Assembly: GCA_964504585.1 (NCBI GenBank) | Contig: CAZDEW010000001.1 | Coordinates: forward strand, 95,868-159,867 | Source: an uncultured Pseudomonadales bacterium | Lineage (GTDB): Bacteria; Pseudomonadota; Gammaproteobacteria; Pseudomonadales; UBA7434 | Direction of reading: 5' to 3' | Length of the DNA: 64,000 nucleotides | Shown: positions 10,546 to 23,086 of the stretch, one piece after another | How positions within the stretch are numbered: the stretch's first letter is position 1 | Layout: each line of letters begins with the position of its first letter | Notes under the pieces: model-generated | Databases searched by the model: none | What the model was told of the DNA's origin: nothing | Seen by the model: the letters and a program-made list of their open reading frames with translations, nothing else | Translations under genes and position numbers: made by a program

Positions 10546-11928
10546 ATGAAAAGTGAAAAAATAGTTCATTGGCTGGTATCGCTAGTTGTTGCGATACAGT
10601 TCTCCGCCTTATCTTGCGTGGTTTTTTATACGCCGCATGTCAGGGCTGAGTCTGTAGATTTAGAGAGCGTCAGAATATGGCGCTCTCCTGAGCGGACGCG
10701 AGTTGTGCTCGATCTATCCGCACCCGTCACATACAAATACTTTAGTCTCAAAAGTCCCGAGCGCTTTGTGCTGGACATAGAAAAGATCAATAACAAGGTT
10801 GATCTGTCGTCCGTAGACACGAAGGATACCCCGCTGCTTGGCATTCGCGGTGGGCGCAGAGCAGATGCTACATTCCGCCTTGTCCTCGATCTCTCAACTG
10901 CAACTTCCCCCGAGGTTTTTTTACTGCAGGCCAACGAAATCTATGGAAATAGGTTGGTCATTGATTTTTATGATGATATCGAGCTTGGCGGTGCAGCGGC
11001 GGCTGATCAGGAGAGACCTTCAGTTGTTAAGACGGTACCCAATAAAGACGCTAAACGAGACATTATCATTGCGCTCGATGCCGGACATGGTGGCGAGGAT
11101 CCTGGTGCACTTGGCCCCGGCAGAATTCGCGAGAAGAAGGTGGTACTGCAGATAGCTAAGAAGTTGAAGCGCCGTATTGACGCGCTACCCGGGTACAAGG
11201 CTAGATTGGTTCGAACTGGCGATTACTACATCGCGCTGAAGAAGCGGCGTGATATCGCCAAGGGAATGAAGGCAGACGCATTTGTTTCTATACATGCCGA
11301 TGCATTTGATGACAAACGAGTATGGGGCAGTTCCGTGTACACGCTCTCGGCTGACGGGGCATCAAGCGCTGAGGCGCGGTTTCTCGCTGGGCGTGAGAAT
11401 GAAGCTGATAGTATCGGAGGAGTGCCGGTTCCGGAAGATGAGATGCTAGCGGGAGTGATTTGGGAATTGACGATGGGCGCGACTATGGATGCGAGCACTG
11501 AGCTTGCAAAAAAGATGCTGGAGTACTTAAAGCCCGTTGCCAAGCTGCACAAGTCTACGGTGGAGCACGCCGGTTTCGCTGTATTGAAATCGCCAGATAT
11601 TCCTTCCGTTCTGTTAGAAACTGGTTTTATTTCCAACCCCAGAGAAGCGAAGAAGCTAGCGAGTTCCTCTCATCAGGACAAGCTGGCAAAGGCTGTGGTT
11701 AAAGGTATTCAGGCATATTTCAATGAGTATGCGCTGGAAGGGACATTGATCTATTGGCAGAAAAATAATGCGCAGGTAGAGCGGACTTACAAAATCCGCT
11801 CAGGTGATACCTTATCTGGTGTCGCAGCACGTCACTCGGTTTCACTAGCGGAGCTAAAATCGCACAACGGCTTGCGCAGTGATACTATTCGCGTTGGTCA
11901 GATTCTGAAAATACCAGCAGGCAAATAG
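10546..11928 (+). CDS. amiB: N-acetylmuramoyl-L-alanine amidase with AMIN and LysM domains
   Basis: DAGHGGEDPGA, FVSIHADA, LLETGFISN, C-terminal LysM (GDTLS..A); position in tsaE-mutL operon. Confidence 0.92.
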   Translation: MKSEKIVHWLVSLVVAIQFSALSCVVFYTPHVRAESVDLESVRIWRSPERTRVVLDLSAPVTYKYFSLKSPERFVLDIEKINNKVDLSSVDTKDTPLLGIRGGRRADATFRLVLDLSTATSPEVFLLQANEIYGNRLVIDFYDDIELGGAAAADQERPSVVKTVPNKDAKRDIIIALDAGHGGEDPGALGPGRIREKKVVLQIAKKLKRRIDALPGYKARLVRTGDYYIALKKRRDIAKGMKADAFVSIHADAFDDKRVWGSSVYTLSADGASSAEARFLAGRENEADSIGGVPVPEDEMLAGVIWELTMGATMDASTELAKKMLEYLKPVAKLHKSTVEHAGFAVLKSPDIPSVLLETGFISNPREAKKLASSSHQDKLAKAVVKGIQAYFNEYALEGTLIYWQKNNAQVERTYKIRSGDTLSGVAARHSVSLAELKSHNGLRSDTIRVGQILKIPAGK

Positions 11929-11988
11929 GCCTCAAGCTATTGAGTCCTGGAAAAATAACGCAAGCTGTTGATAAAGCCTAAGAAAGCA

Positions 11989-13863
11989 ATGCCCAAGATT
12001 AGAAAACTCGATACCCGCCTCGCTAATCAGATCGCGGCTGGGGAGGTCGTTGACCGTCCCGCCTCGGTTTTGAAAGAGCTGGTAGAGAACAGCATCGATG
12101 CTGAATCACAGCGTATCGAAGTAGTAATAGAAGCCGGTGGTTTGCGGCGAATTAGTGTGAAAGACGATGGCTGCGGTATCGAGATGCAAGATATGACGCT
12201 GGCTCTCGACTCGCATGCAACGAGTAAAATCACGGAAGTTCAAGATCTCGAAGCTGTCGCCACATTGGGTTTTCGTGGTGAGGCGCTGGCCAGTATTGCA
12301 TCGGTCTCTCGAACCGATGTTATCAGCAATGTGCATGAAGATAGCGCACTTGCTGCTCGTGCGCATACGGCTGGAAGGGAAATGAACGTCAGCGTTGAAC
12401 CAGCGGGGCGCGAAAAAGGCACCACGGTCGATGTCAAGGATCTGTTTTTCAATACGCCGGCGAGAAAGAAATTTCTGCGCACCGAGCGAACTGAATATAA
12501 CCACCTTGAGGAAGTTTTTGTTCGTAATGCGCTGTCGAGCTTCTCTATTGGGTTTCGTCTGAGTCATAACGGTAAGTCAATCCATGCGTTGGATCCCTGC
12601 GAGACAATGCTGGAGAAGGAGATGCGTGTCGCCAAGCTCCTTGGCAAGCCGTTCATGCAAAGTGCGATTGCGATTGAGGTAAACCATGGGGATTACAGTC
12701 TTCATGGCTGGGTGGCACAGCCGGAGTATTCCCGTAGTCAGGCGGACCGCCAGTATTTCTTTGTCAACGGAAGAGTTATTCGCGACAAAGTGATAGCACA
12801 TGCGATCCGACAGGCTTACAAGGATGTCCTGTTTCATGGGCGCCATCCAGCGTTTGTGCTCTACTTTTCCCTGCCCAATCATGAAGTTGACGTCAATGTA
12901 CATCCCACCAAACACGAAGTGCGCTTTCGCGAAAGTCGTCAGGTGCATGATTTTATTTTTAGATCGTTACATAGAGCTTTGGCGAAGGTGCGGCCTCAAG
13001 ACGTGCAGGCAGGGAGGGCGCGCTATGAAGGAGTGGGCGAGCCGCAGGCCTTTTCGGCTCCCGAGAGGCAAAGTGATCTGCAGTTGAAAGACCCGCCATT
13101 AGTGGCGGAGTACGCCGGTACCGAATTTGCCCGCATTGCTGGTGCTCGCCCTCTCGCAAATGATGGCTGGCGCGATCACGGCGCGACAGCTCACTCGTCA
13201 CTGGAAAATTTGTTTAGAAACGCCGGTGAGGCAGCTGGAGAGGGAGCACAGGCTAATGATCATCACGATGCTGCGTCCCAGTTTCCGCTTGGCTATGCGG
13301 TCGCGCAGTTACACGGAATCTACATACTGTCGCAGAATACACAGGGTTTGGTGATCGTAGATATGCACGCTGCTCACGAGCGTATCGTTTACGAACGCAT
13401 GAAGTCTGCTTACGCAGCGAATAAAATGCAGACCCAGCCGCTGCTCGTTCCCGTGTCGGTCGCTTTCAGTACGCAGGAAGTCGAATGCGTGACGCAAAAA
13501 AACGACTTGCTACAAAATCTCGGTCTCATTGCGCAGGTTATTGGCCCTGAGCAGGTGGTGATCCGGGAGGTTCCTGTTATGTTAACTGCCGAGAGCGCAG
13601 AGCAGATGCTTCGGGATGTCATCGCAGACCTCCTTGTTATTGGCAGCAGTTCACGGATTGAAGAGCGCATGGACGAGATTCTGGGAACGATGGCCTGTCA
13701 CGGTGCCGTGCGCGCCAACAAGAAACTGTCTATACCGGAAATGAATGCCTTACTCAGGGATATGGAGCGGACGGAGCGCAGCGGCCAGTGCAACCATGGC
13801 CGCCCCACCTGGACGCAGTTGACGATTGCCGATCTTGACAAGCTTTTTTTAAGGGGGCGCTAA
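11989..13863 (+). CDS. mutL: DNA mismatch repair protein MutL (endonuclease type)
   Basis: NQIAAGEVV, GFRGEAL, DMHAAHER, CNHGRP. Confidence 0.98.
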   Translation: MPKIRKLDTRLANQIAAGEVVDRPASVLKELVENSIDAESQRIEVVIEAGGLRRISVKDDGCGIEMQDMTLALDSHATSKITEVQDLEAVATLGFRGEALASIASVSRTDVISNVHEDSALAARAHTAGREMNVSVEPAGREKGTTVDVKDLFFNTPARKKFLRTERTEYNHLEEVFVRNALSSFSIGFRLSHNGKSIHALDPCETMLEKEMRVAKLLGKPFMQSAIAIEVNHGDYSLHGWVAQPEYSRSQADRQYFFVNGRVIRDKVIAHAIRQAYKDVLFHGRHPAFVLYFSLPNHEVDVNVHPTKHEVRFRESRQVHDFIFRSLHRALAKVRPQDVQAGRARYEGVGEPQAFSAPERQSDLQLKDPPLVAEYAGTEFARIAGARPLANDGWRDHGATAHSSLENLFRNAGEAAGEGAQANDHHDAASQFPLGYAVAQLHGIYILSQNTQGLVIVDMHAAHERIVYERMKSAYAANKMQTQPLLVPVSVAFSTQEVECVTQKNDLLQNLGLIAQVIGPEQVVIREVPVMLTAESAEQMLRDVIADLLVIGSSSRIEERMDEILGTMACHGAVRANKKLSIPEMNALLRDMERTERSGQCNHGRPTWTQLTIADLDKLFLRGR

Positions 13864-13878
13864 GCTGCGATCTTATCG

Positions 13879-14874
13879 TTGTCTCTAGCAAAGCAAAATT
13901 TTCCGCCTGCCCTTTTTTTGATGGGGCCGACTGCTAGCGGGAAAACCGATCTGGCGCTCGCAATTTCCAGGCGCTATCGAGTTGAGGTTATCAGCGTTGA
14001 CTCTGCTCTGATCTACCGCGGCATGGATATCGGCACTGCAAAGCCCGATGAAGATTTTTTGCAGCAGCTTCCTCACTTTCTGATCGACATAAGAAACCCC
14101 GATCAAAGCTACTCTGCAGCAGAGTTCAGGCGAGATGCACTTGACCTGATGCAGCAGATCACCGAGCGCGGCAACACTCCGCTGCTGGTAGGCGGGACCA
14201 TGCTCTATTTTAAAGTCCTGTTGGAGGGTATTGCCGAGATACCGGCGGTGCCGGAGGCCATTAGAGCCGCAATACTCGATGCAGCGGCAAAGGATGGATG
14301 GGCCTCGATGCACGCTCGCTTAGAGCAGGTTGACCCGATTTCTGCAGAGCGCATACACCCGAATCATGCGCAGCGTATACAGCGCGCGCTAGAGGTTTAT
14401 GAGGCGACTGGAGAGCCACTCAGCAGCTTTCATGCGACCCAGCAAAAGACGAGCTTCCCCTACTCGACTTTACAGATTGCTCTGGGTTGTGAGCGTGAGT
14501 TGTTGCATCAAAGAATCGAGCGGCGTTTCCGGCAGATGGTCGCTCAGGGTTTTGTGCAGGAGCTCGAGCAGCTGCGTAGTCGCTGGCCACTAAATTCTGA
14601 TATGCCCTCGATGCGTGCGGTTGGCTATCGTCAGGCCTGGCAGCATATCGACGGGGAACTATCTCATGATGAATTTATCGAGCGCGGTTGCGCGGCCACT
14701 CGGCAACTTGCCAAACGTCAATTGACCTGGTTGCGAAAGTGGCAGGATCTTCATTGGTTATCCGTGTCTGCGGCTCCTGTTATTGAGGAAACGCCTCAGC
14801 ATGGTGCGTGGCAAAACGAATTGTCCAAAATCCAGACACTATGCGATGAAGTGGGCATTTCCATAGCCGAGTAG
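13879..14874 (+). CDS. miaA: tRNA dimethylallyltransferase
   Basis: GPTASGKT, DSALIYRGMDIGTAKP, LAKRQLTW. Confidence 0.97.
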   Translation: MSLAKQNFPPALFLMGPTASGKTDLALAISRRYRVEVISVDSALIYRGMDIGTAKPDEDFLQQLPHFLIDIRNPDQSYSAAEFRRDALDLMQQITERGNTPLLVGGTMLYFKVLLEGIAEIPAVPEAIRAAILDAAAKDGWASMHARLEQVDPISAERIHPNHAQRIQRALEVYEATGEPLSSFHATQQKTSFPYSTLQIALGCERELLHQRIERRFRQMVAQGFVQELEQLRSRWPLNSDMPSMRAVGYRQAWQHIDGELSHDEFIERGCAATRQLAKRQLTWLRKWQDLHWLSVSAAPVIEETPQHGAWQNELSKIQTLCDEVGISIAE

Positions 14875-14878
14875 TGTG

Positions 14879-14884
14879 TATAAT
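14879..14884 (+). promoter_or_regulatory. Putative -10 box for hfq
   Basis: TATAAT just after miaA stop; no convincing -35. Confidence 0.45.
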
Positions 14885-15194
14885 CAAAGAGTTCGCCGCT
14901 CTATTGGTCTTCAGTGGCGAGCGTTTTCTCCAGCAGAGGGATTGTTTGGCTGCACTGGTCTAGATCAGGCAGGCGGGCGTAGATAAAGGCAAAAGCGTTG
15001 TTGTTATTTAGCGTTATTTCGTTAACCGGTAATCGCCATAGCCACACTTTTTGCAAACAGACCGGTGTCGTTCTGAACGAGCCGCCTGTTCTAATGTCAA
15101 AGCCGGAGATTTTATTGGCCTGTACATAGTGAGCGACTAGTCATCCGCCCGCTATATTAGGTAACCTTCAACCCACACTTTTGGGAGTCATATC

Positions 15195-15449
15195 ATGTCT
15201 AAAGGGCAAAGCCTACAAGACCCTTATCTTAACCTTCTGCGAAAGGAACGCGTACCCGTCTCCATCTATTTGGTTAATGGGATTAAATTACAGGGACAGA
15301 TTGAGTCATTTGACCAGTTCGTTATTCTCCTGAAAAACACCGTCAGCCAAATGGTTTACAAGCACGCTGTTTCGACGGTTGTTCCCGGCAGGAATGTTCG
15401 TTTACCGATGGCGCCATCTGAGGATGACGATTCATCTGGCAACGAGTAA
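15195..15449 (+). CDS. hfq: RNA chaperone Hfq
   Basis: [32 protein letters not shown]. Confidence 0.99.
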   Translation: MSKGQSLQDPYLNLLRKERVPVSIYLVNGIKLQGQIESFDQFVILLKNTVSQMVYKHAVSTVVPGRNVRLPMAPSEDDDSSGNE

Positions 15450-15561
15450 AGCGCCAGTTTTAGCATTCAGTATCAACGGATATGCCCTACTGTGTTAACA
15501 CACGGTAGGGCTTCGTCCGCCTGCATGTTATACGCCTTAGTTTTCCTCAACGGCAACTCCC

Positions 15562-16926
15562 ATGTTTTTCGATCGACCTGACACTGGCGAGCGAGCGCTG
15601 CTGGTGCACTGTGCTTTCGGTGGCGTGGCGTTCAGTGGTGTAACCAATTCCGAGCAGCAGGAAGGCGCTGCCAACAGTAAGCCCGCGACAGCTTTGCCGG
15701 AGGTTGCGGAATTTGTTGACCTGGTAACGTCGGCGGGCGTTACGCCGGTTTATCTCGAGGTGGCTCGGCGTGCGCGACCCACCCCCAATTATTTTATTGG
15801 TTCTGGCAAGGTTGAGACGGTCGCGGATCTGGTTCGCGAGAACGGGATTGAAGTCGTCATTTTTAACCACGAGTTGTCTCCCTCGCAGGAGCGCAATCTC
15901 GAGAAGCGTTTTCAGTGTCAGGTGCTGGACCGAACGGGGCTTATCCTCGATATTTTTGCTCAGCGCGCAAGAAGTCATGTCGGCAAGTTGCAGGTCGAAC
16001 TCGCTCAGCTAGAGCATATCTCTACCCGCCTTGTTAGGGGTTGGACTCACCTTGAAAGGCAAAAAGGTGGCATTGGCTTGCGCGGCCCGGGTGAGTCCCA
16101 GCTTGAGACTGACAGACGACTGCTGCGAGAGCGCATGAAATGGCTGCACAAACGTCTGGCTAAAGTGCGTGCCCAGCAGCAGCAGAGCAAGCGCGGTCGC
16201 ACCCGCGCCGAAGTACCAACCATCGCGCTCGTGGGGTACACCAACGCTGGTAAATCAACGCTCTTCAACGCTTTGACGCAGGCCAATGTCTACGCGCAGG
16301 ATCAACTTTTTGCCACCCTTGACACAACCCTGCGCGCTTTTGAGCTTCCAGGTTTTGGCAACGTCGTGTTTGCCGATACCGTCGGTTTTGTTCGCGAGTT
16401 ACCGCACAAACTCGTAGAAGCCTTTAAAGCAACGCTTGAGGAGGCCGCTGAGGCGGATGTACTGCTACACGTTGTCGATGCATCTTCAGTAGACCGGGAA
16501 GAACAGATTGCTGCGTGCGAGGCGGTACTCGCTGAAATTGGCGCCGATCATATCCCGACTATTGTCGTGATGAATAAAATTGATTCGATCGAAGGTCTTC
16601 ATCCGAGGCTGGACATGCCCTCCATCTCTGAGCCGCGTGGAGCCCATTGCAGGGTGTGGGTATCCGCCGGGGAAGAGCTTGGCATACCACTGCTTGAGGA
16701 GGCCCTGCGAACTAGATTGGGCGCAGATCTCTGGCAGGGCGAGGTCACTCTCGCGCCTGGCGAGGCTCGACTCCGTGCGGAGCTGTTTGCACAGGGAGCG
16801 GTTGCCGCCGAGTCTACCGGGCCTGAGGGGCAGATTGTGCTCAGTCTGTCCTATCGCAGAGAGGCCCTGGAGCGTCTTTTCAGGGAGAATGGCAGTGATT
16901 TTATGGCCTGTGATACGCCGGGCTGA
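15562..16926 (+). CDS. hflX: Ribosome rescue GTPase HflX
   Basis: GPGESQLETDRR, GYTNAGKST, DTVGF, NKID. Confidence 0.97.
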   Translation: MFFDRPDTGERALLVHCAFGGVAFSGVTNSEQQEGAANSKPATALPEVAEFVDLVTSAGVTPVYLEVARRARPTPNYFIGSGKVETVADLVRENGIEVVIFNHELSPSQERNLEKRFQCQVLDRTGLILDIFAQRARSHVGKLQVELAQLEHISTRLVRGWTHLERQKGGIGLRGPGESQLETDRRLLRERMKWLHKRLAKVRAQQQQSKRGRTRAEVPTIALVGYTNAGKSTLFNALTQANVYAQDQLFATLDTTLRAFELPGFGNVVFADTVGFVRELPHKLVEAFKATLEEAAEADVLLHVVDASSVDREEQIAACEAVLAEIGADHIPTIVVMNKIDSIEGLHPRLDMPSISEPRGAHCRVWVSAGEELGIPLLEEALRTRLGADLWQGEVTLAPGEARLRAELFAQGAVAAESTGPEGQIVLSLSYRREALERLFRENGSDFMACDTPG

Positions 16927-17316
16927 ATGTGCTGGTGAGGGTGGGAAGGCCGGCAGCTGAGGGCGATCTTCTTGCAACCTCCAGCCGCATACGATGTCCT
17001 AAGTTTGATACAATCTGGCCGCCTGAGACGGCGGTTTTGGAAACAAATGTGTGTATTTCGGGCGCTATGTTGGACGCTATGGCTGGCGGTTTGCGGGCAA
17101 TACGATTGATGCGATATCACGTTTGCGCTGAGCCCTAGTCCCGCTTCATAGCGTAGTAATCGGTCGGGTATGAATTGAGTTGGAAATTGGCCGGCTTCAT
17201 CCCCTGGGCCGCTGCTCGCGGGTTTATGTAGAGCACGGCATCAGTTGGATAAGGCGCAGGTGTTTTGAATCGCTGCGATGAGCGCACGACATTCAGTTAG
17301 TTTGGAGAGTAAGTAC

Positions 17317-18492
17317 ATGGCTTGGAATGACCAGGGCAACAACGATCGTGACAAGAACGATCGCCCCAGGGATCCTTGGAGCAGTCCGGATCAGGGGCCG
17401 CCGGATCTCGATGAGGCACTGAACAAAATGAAGGACCAGTTTAAAGATGTGTTTGGTCGCCAGGGTAGAGGTGGTGGCTCTGGAGGTGGCGGCAACTCCT
17501 CCGGCCCCGATATATCTCTGGGCTTTGTGGGCATGGTTTTGGCCGCAGTGATTGGCGTGTGGGCTTTCATGGGCTTTTATCAGGTCGATGAAAAGGAGCG
17601 TGGCGTCATTCTCAGGCTCGGCCAGTACCACTCGACGGTTGGCCCCGGGCTGCACTGGAACCCGCCAGTTATTGACCAGCGGTTTCTGGTTATTACCACG
17701 CAGGAGCAGGAGTATAGCGGTCGTGGTTTGATGCTGACCGAAGATGAAAACATCGTCGAAGTTCCGGTGTCGATTCAATATAAGATTCCCGATCCCAAGT
17801 CCTATGTTCTCAACGTGAGGAATCCCGATATTAGCCTGCAGCACGCGACAGACAGCGCGCTCCGCCACGTTGTTGGAAGCACGGTTGCAGACGACGTACT
17901 CTCAGAGGGGCGGCAATTGCTGGCCGAAGAGACCAGAGAGCGGTTGCAGCGATATCTGGACCTTTACGAAACCGGGGTGACGATCACCCGCGTCAACATT
18001 CTCAAGGCAGAGCCACCTTCGGCGGTTAAAGCTGCATTCGACGATGTCATATCTGCCAAAGAGGATCAGGTCCGCTTCGTCAACGAGGCAGAGGCCTACG
18101 CCAACAGCGTTGTGCCGGAAGCTCGCGGCCGCGCAGAGCGGATCAAGCAGGAAGCGATAGGTTATCGCGATCGCGTCATCGCCGAGTCGACAGGTGATGC
18201 CTCTCGATTCGATCAGCTCTATGCCGAATACGTTAAAGCACCCGAGGTGACCAGAGAGCGCCTGTATATTGATGCTGTAGAACAGGTCATGAGCAGCTCG
18301 TCCAAAGTCATGGTCGATGTTGAAGGCGGTGGCAATATGATGGTACTGCCACTCGATAAGCTAGTCAGCCAGCCTGTGCGCGATGTTGCCGGCACCCCCA
18401 GCAACACGGTGGACAGTGCGCAGATTGCCAGAGAAGTTCTTGATCAGCTGCGTCGGGAGCAATCCCGCAACAGACGTACGGAGGGCCGATAA
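17317..18492 (+). CDS. hflK: FtsH modulator HflK
   Basis: MAWN...DQGPPDLDE, SPFH domain; GGAG RBS before ATG 17317. Confidence 0.96.
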   Translation: MAWNDQGNNDRDKNDRPRDPWSSPDQGPPDLDEALNKMKDQFKDVFGRQGRGGGSGGGGNSSGPDISLGFVGMVLAAVIGVWAFMGFYQVDEKERGVILRLGQYHSTVGPGLHWNPPVIDQRFLVITTQEQEYSGRGLMLTEDENIVEVPVSIQYKIPDPKSYVLNVRNPDISLQHATDSALRHVVGSTVADDVLSEGRQLLAEETRERLQRYLDLYETGVTITRVNILKAEPPSAVKAAFDDVISAKEDQVRFVNEAEAYANSVVPEARGRAERIKQEAIGYRDRVIAESTGDASRFDQLYAEYVKAPEVTRERLYIDAVEQVMSSSSKVMVDVEGGGNMMVLPLDKLVSQPVRDVAGTPSNTVDSAQIAREVLDQLRREQSRNRRTEGR

Positions 18493-19364
18493 TGTCCAAT
18501 CGCTTACCTTTAGTGCTAGTAATCATTGCTGGCATCGTGATGTTTATCTCGAGTTTTTTCTACCGCGTGATGGAGACCGAAACGGCGGTCAAGCTACAGT
18601 TCGGGGAACTCGTCGAATCCAATATACAGCCGGGCTTGCGTTTTAAGATTCCTCTGGTGAACCAGATTCGCAAAGTGGATGCTCGCCTTCTTACCCACGA
18701 CGCGCCGCCAGAGAGTTTCTACACCTCTGAAAAGAAACGGCTTGTTGTTGACTCCTATGTTAAGTGGCGTGTCAACGATGTAGGCGCCTATTACAAGGCA
18801 ACCGGTGGTGACGAGAGCAGCGCTCTGGTTCTGCTAGCCAATCGAATCAATAACAACCTGAGGGATGAGATTGGTGAGCGCACTCTACATGAGGTTGTCT
18901 CGGGCGAGCGGGATCAGATGATGGCGAACCTGACCAAAAGCCTTAATCAGGCGGCAAGCGCAGAGCTCGGCATCGAAATCATCGATGTGCGGGTCAAGAA
19001 AATAGATTTTCCGCAGGAGGTAAGGGCATCCGTATTTAACCGTATGCGCTCCGACCGTGAAAAAGAAGCTCGACAGTATCGAGCGCTTGGCTCTGAGCAG
19101 GCGGAGAAAATTCGTGCTGACGCCGAGCGAGAAAAGATCGTAATCGAAGCCGAAGCCTACAAGGAGGCTGAGCAGATTCGCGGTGAGGGCGATGCCCAGT
19201 CAGCTGCGATTTATGCGCAGGCTTACAATAAAGATGCCGATTTTTATGCCTTTTTGCGGCGCCTCAGCGCCTATGAGACATCCTTTGCGAACAAGGGTGA
19301 TGTGCTGTTGGTCAACCCTGACAGCGATTTCTTCCGTTACCTCAATGACATTGATGGCAGTTAA
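18492..19364 (+). CDS. hflC: FtsH modulator HflC
   Basis: SPFH domain, EKKRLVVDSYVKWR, PDSDFFRY; coupled to hflK. Confidence 0.96.
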   Translation: MSNRLPLVLVIIAGIVMFISSFFYRVMETETAVKLQFGELVESNIQPGLRFKIPLVNQIRKVDARLLTHDAPPESFYTSEKKRLVVDSYVKWRVNDVGAYYKATGGDESSALVLLANRINNNLRDEIGERTLHEVVSGERDQMMANLTKSLNQAASAELGIEIIDVRVKKIDFPQEVRASVFNRMRSDREKEARQYRALGSEQAEKIRADAEREKIVIEAEAYKEAEQIRGEGDAQSAAIYAQAYNKDADFYAFLRRLSAYETSFANKGDVLLVNPDSDFFRYLNDIDGS

Positions 19365-19387
19365 CGATCTTTTGCTCAGGAATGCGG

Positions 19388-19416
19388 AAAAAGCCGGAAA
19401 CTTCCCGGCTTTTTTT
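19388..19416 (+). terminator. Rho-independent terminator after hflC
   Basis: aaaaagccgg-aaacttc-ccggc followed by T run. Confidence 0.85.
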
Positions 19417-19527
19417 GTGGGCAGCGTTTGCGATAATCTGCGGTTCTTGTCGAGGGCAGGGCGGGTCATTGTCATGTTGGCAATAGCCGATACAGCTCCC
19501 TCCTGATCACCCTTTTCCGGATAAGTC

Positions 19528-19713
19528 ATGCCTCAGGAAGTGATCATCGCGGTATGTCTGGTGCTGGTACTGGAGGGCATTCTGCCATTTTTGGTGCCCG
19601 ATGCCTGGCGGCGCGCCGTCCTCAAAATGGCAATGATGCCGCCGCGGCAGATCAGAATAATGGGTTTAATGAGCATGCTCACAGGCGTCTGCCTGCTTTA
19701 CTTTTTTAACTGA
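19528..19713 (+). CDS. DUF2065 (YjeT-like) small membrane protein
   Basis: LVLVLEGILPFL.P..WR, RIMGLMSML; canonical position hflC-hisZ. Confidence 0.88.
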   Translation: MPQEVIIAVCLVLVLEGILPFLVPDAWRRAVLKMAMMPPRQIRIMGLMSMLTGVCLLYFFN

Positions 19714-19777
19714 ATGAACAAAACAAAACACAGCGCGCAATCAATTAGGGTTAGCGCATTTAGGTGGGAGATTGGGT

Positions 19778-22323
<2,546 letters not shown>

Positions 22324-22343
22324 ACGAGCTGAAATCTCGTGAA

Positions 22344-22652
22344 TCAGTCTTGATTGCGATGTTGGACGTTGCGCCGGAAGGGGTGCACAGCCCGGTTTCT
22401 GGAATCTCGACGTCGGTCTTGCGTTCCTGAATCGTTTTGGCCTGATTCATTATCTGTTGCCTCGCGTTTAAGCGAGTTGCCGCTCGCCTGTTCCCGTTGG
22501 ATGCGCTCATAAATTTCTTCACGATGCACAGCAACGTCGCGTGGAGCCTGAATCCCCAGCCTGACTTGCCTGTGGTTGGCATCAAGGACGGTTATCTTGA
22601 TGTCATCGCCAATATAGATTGACTCACCAACTTTTCTTTGCAGTAACAACAT
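22344..22652 (-). CDS. csrA: CsrA/RsmA-family RNA-binding regulator with C-terminal extension (probable paralog)
   Basis: [23 protein letters not shown]...[20 protein letters not shown]. Confidence 0.9.
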   Translation of the reverse strand: MLLLQRKVGESIYIGDDIKITVLDANHRQVRLGIQAPRDVAVHREEIYERIQREQASGNSLKREATDNESGQNDSGTQDRRRDSRNRAVHPFRRNVQHRNQD

Positions 22653-23086
22653 AATTCGGTTATCCCGATCTTGTCAGCAAATATACGACCATTGAGCGCG
22701 AAAAGACCAAGTGCCCATTCATGCGTTGCAGAGCATACCCTGCGTGCAGTCAGGCTCTTCCCGCTACAGTGCGCTTTTGCGTGCCCCCTCTTTTAAGCCG
22801 GCCCGGCGTCAGCCGGATGATGCATCAGACTGTCGACAACGGCATGAGGTTCACTGCTACGGCGGCTAAACCTTTGACTGGGTTTTGACGCGCTTCGATC
22901 ACGAGTCTGAGTATACGCCCGTTTGTTTTTCCTATTGGTGTTTAATTTGCGCTTTCGACTTTCGTCTGGTGACTTTATGGTCAAAAAGTGCAGGAAATCG
23001 CTGGATTGTGTAAAAAATCTGCGTGCAAAAGCAGGGGCATTATTAGTGGCGGGATTTCGATGTGGCGGAGATCAACTGATAAGGAC

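Noticed and set aside
16927-17316. 390-bp hflX-hflK spacer with a GCCGCC/GGCGG hairpin and a 69-aa ORF
   Set aside because: Only a weak terminator-like hairpin; no promoter-terminator unit or recognisable protein, so not enough to call.
22885-23086. Possible CsrB/RsmY-like sRNA divergent from the csrA paralog (TTGACG upstream, about five GGA)
   Set aside because: Only one GGA fits ANGGA, none are in clear repeated hairpins, and there is no terminator.
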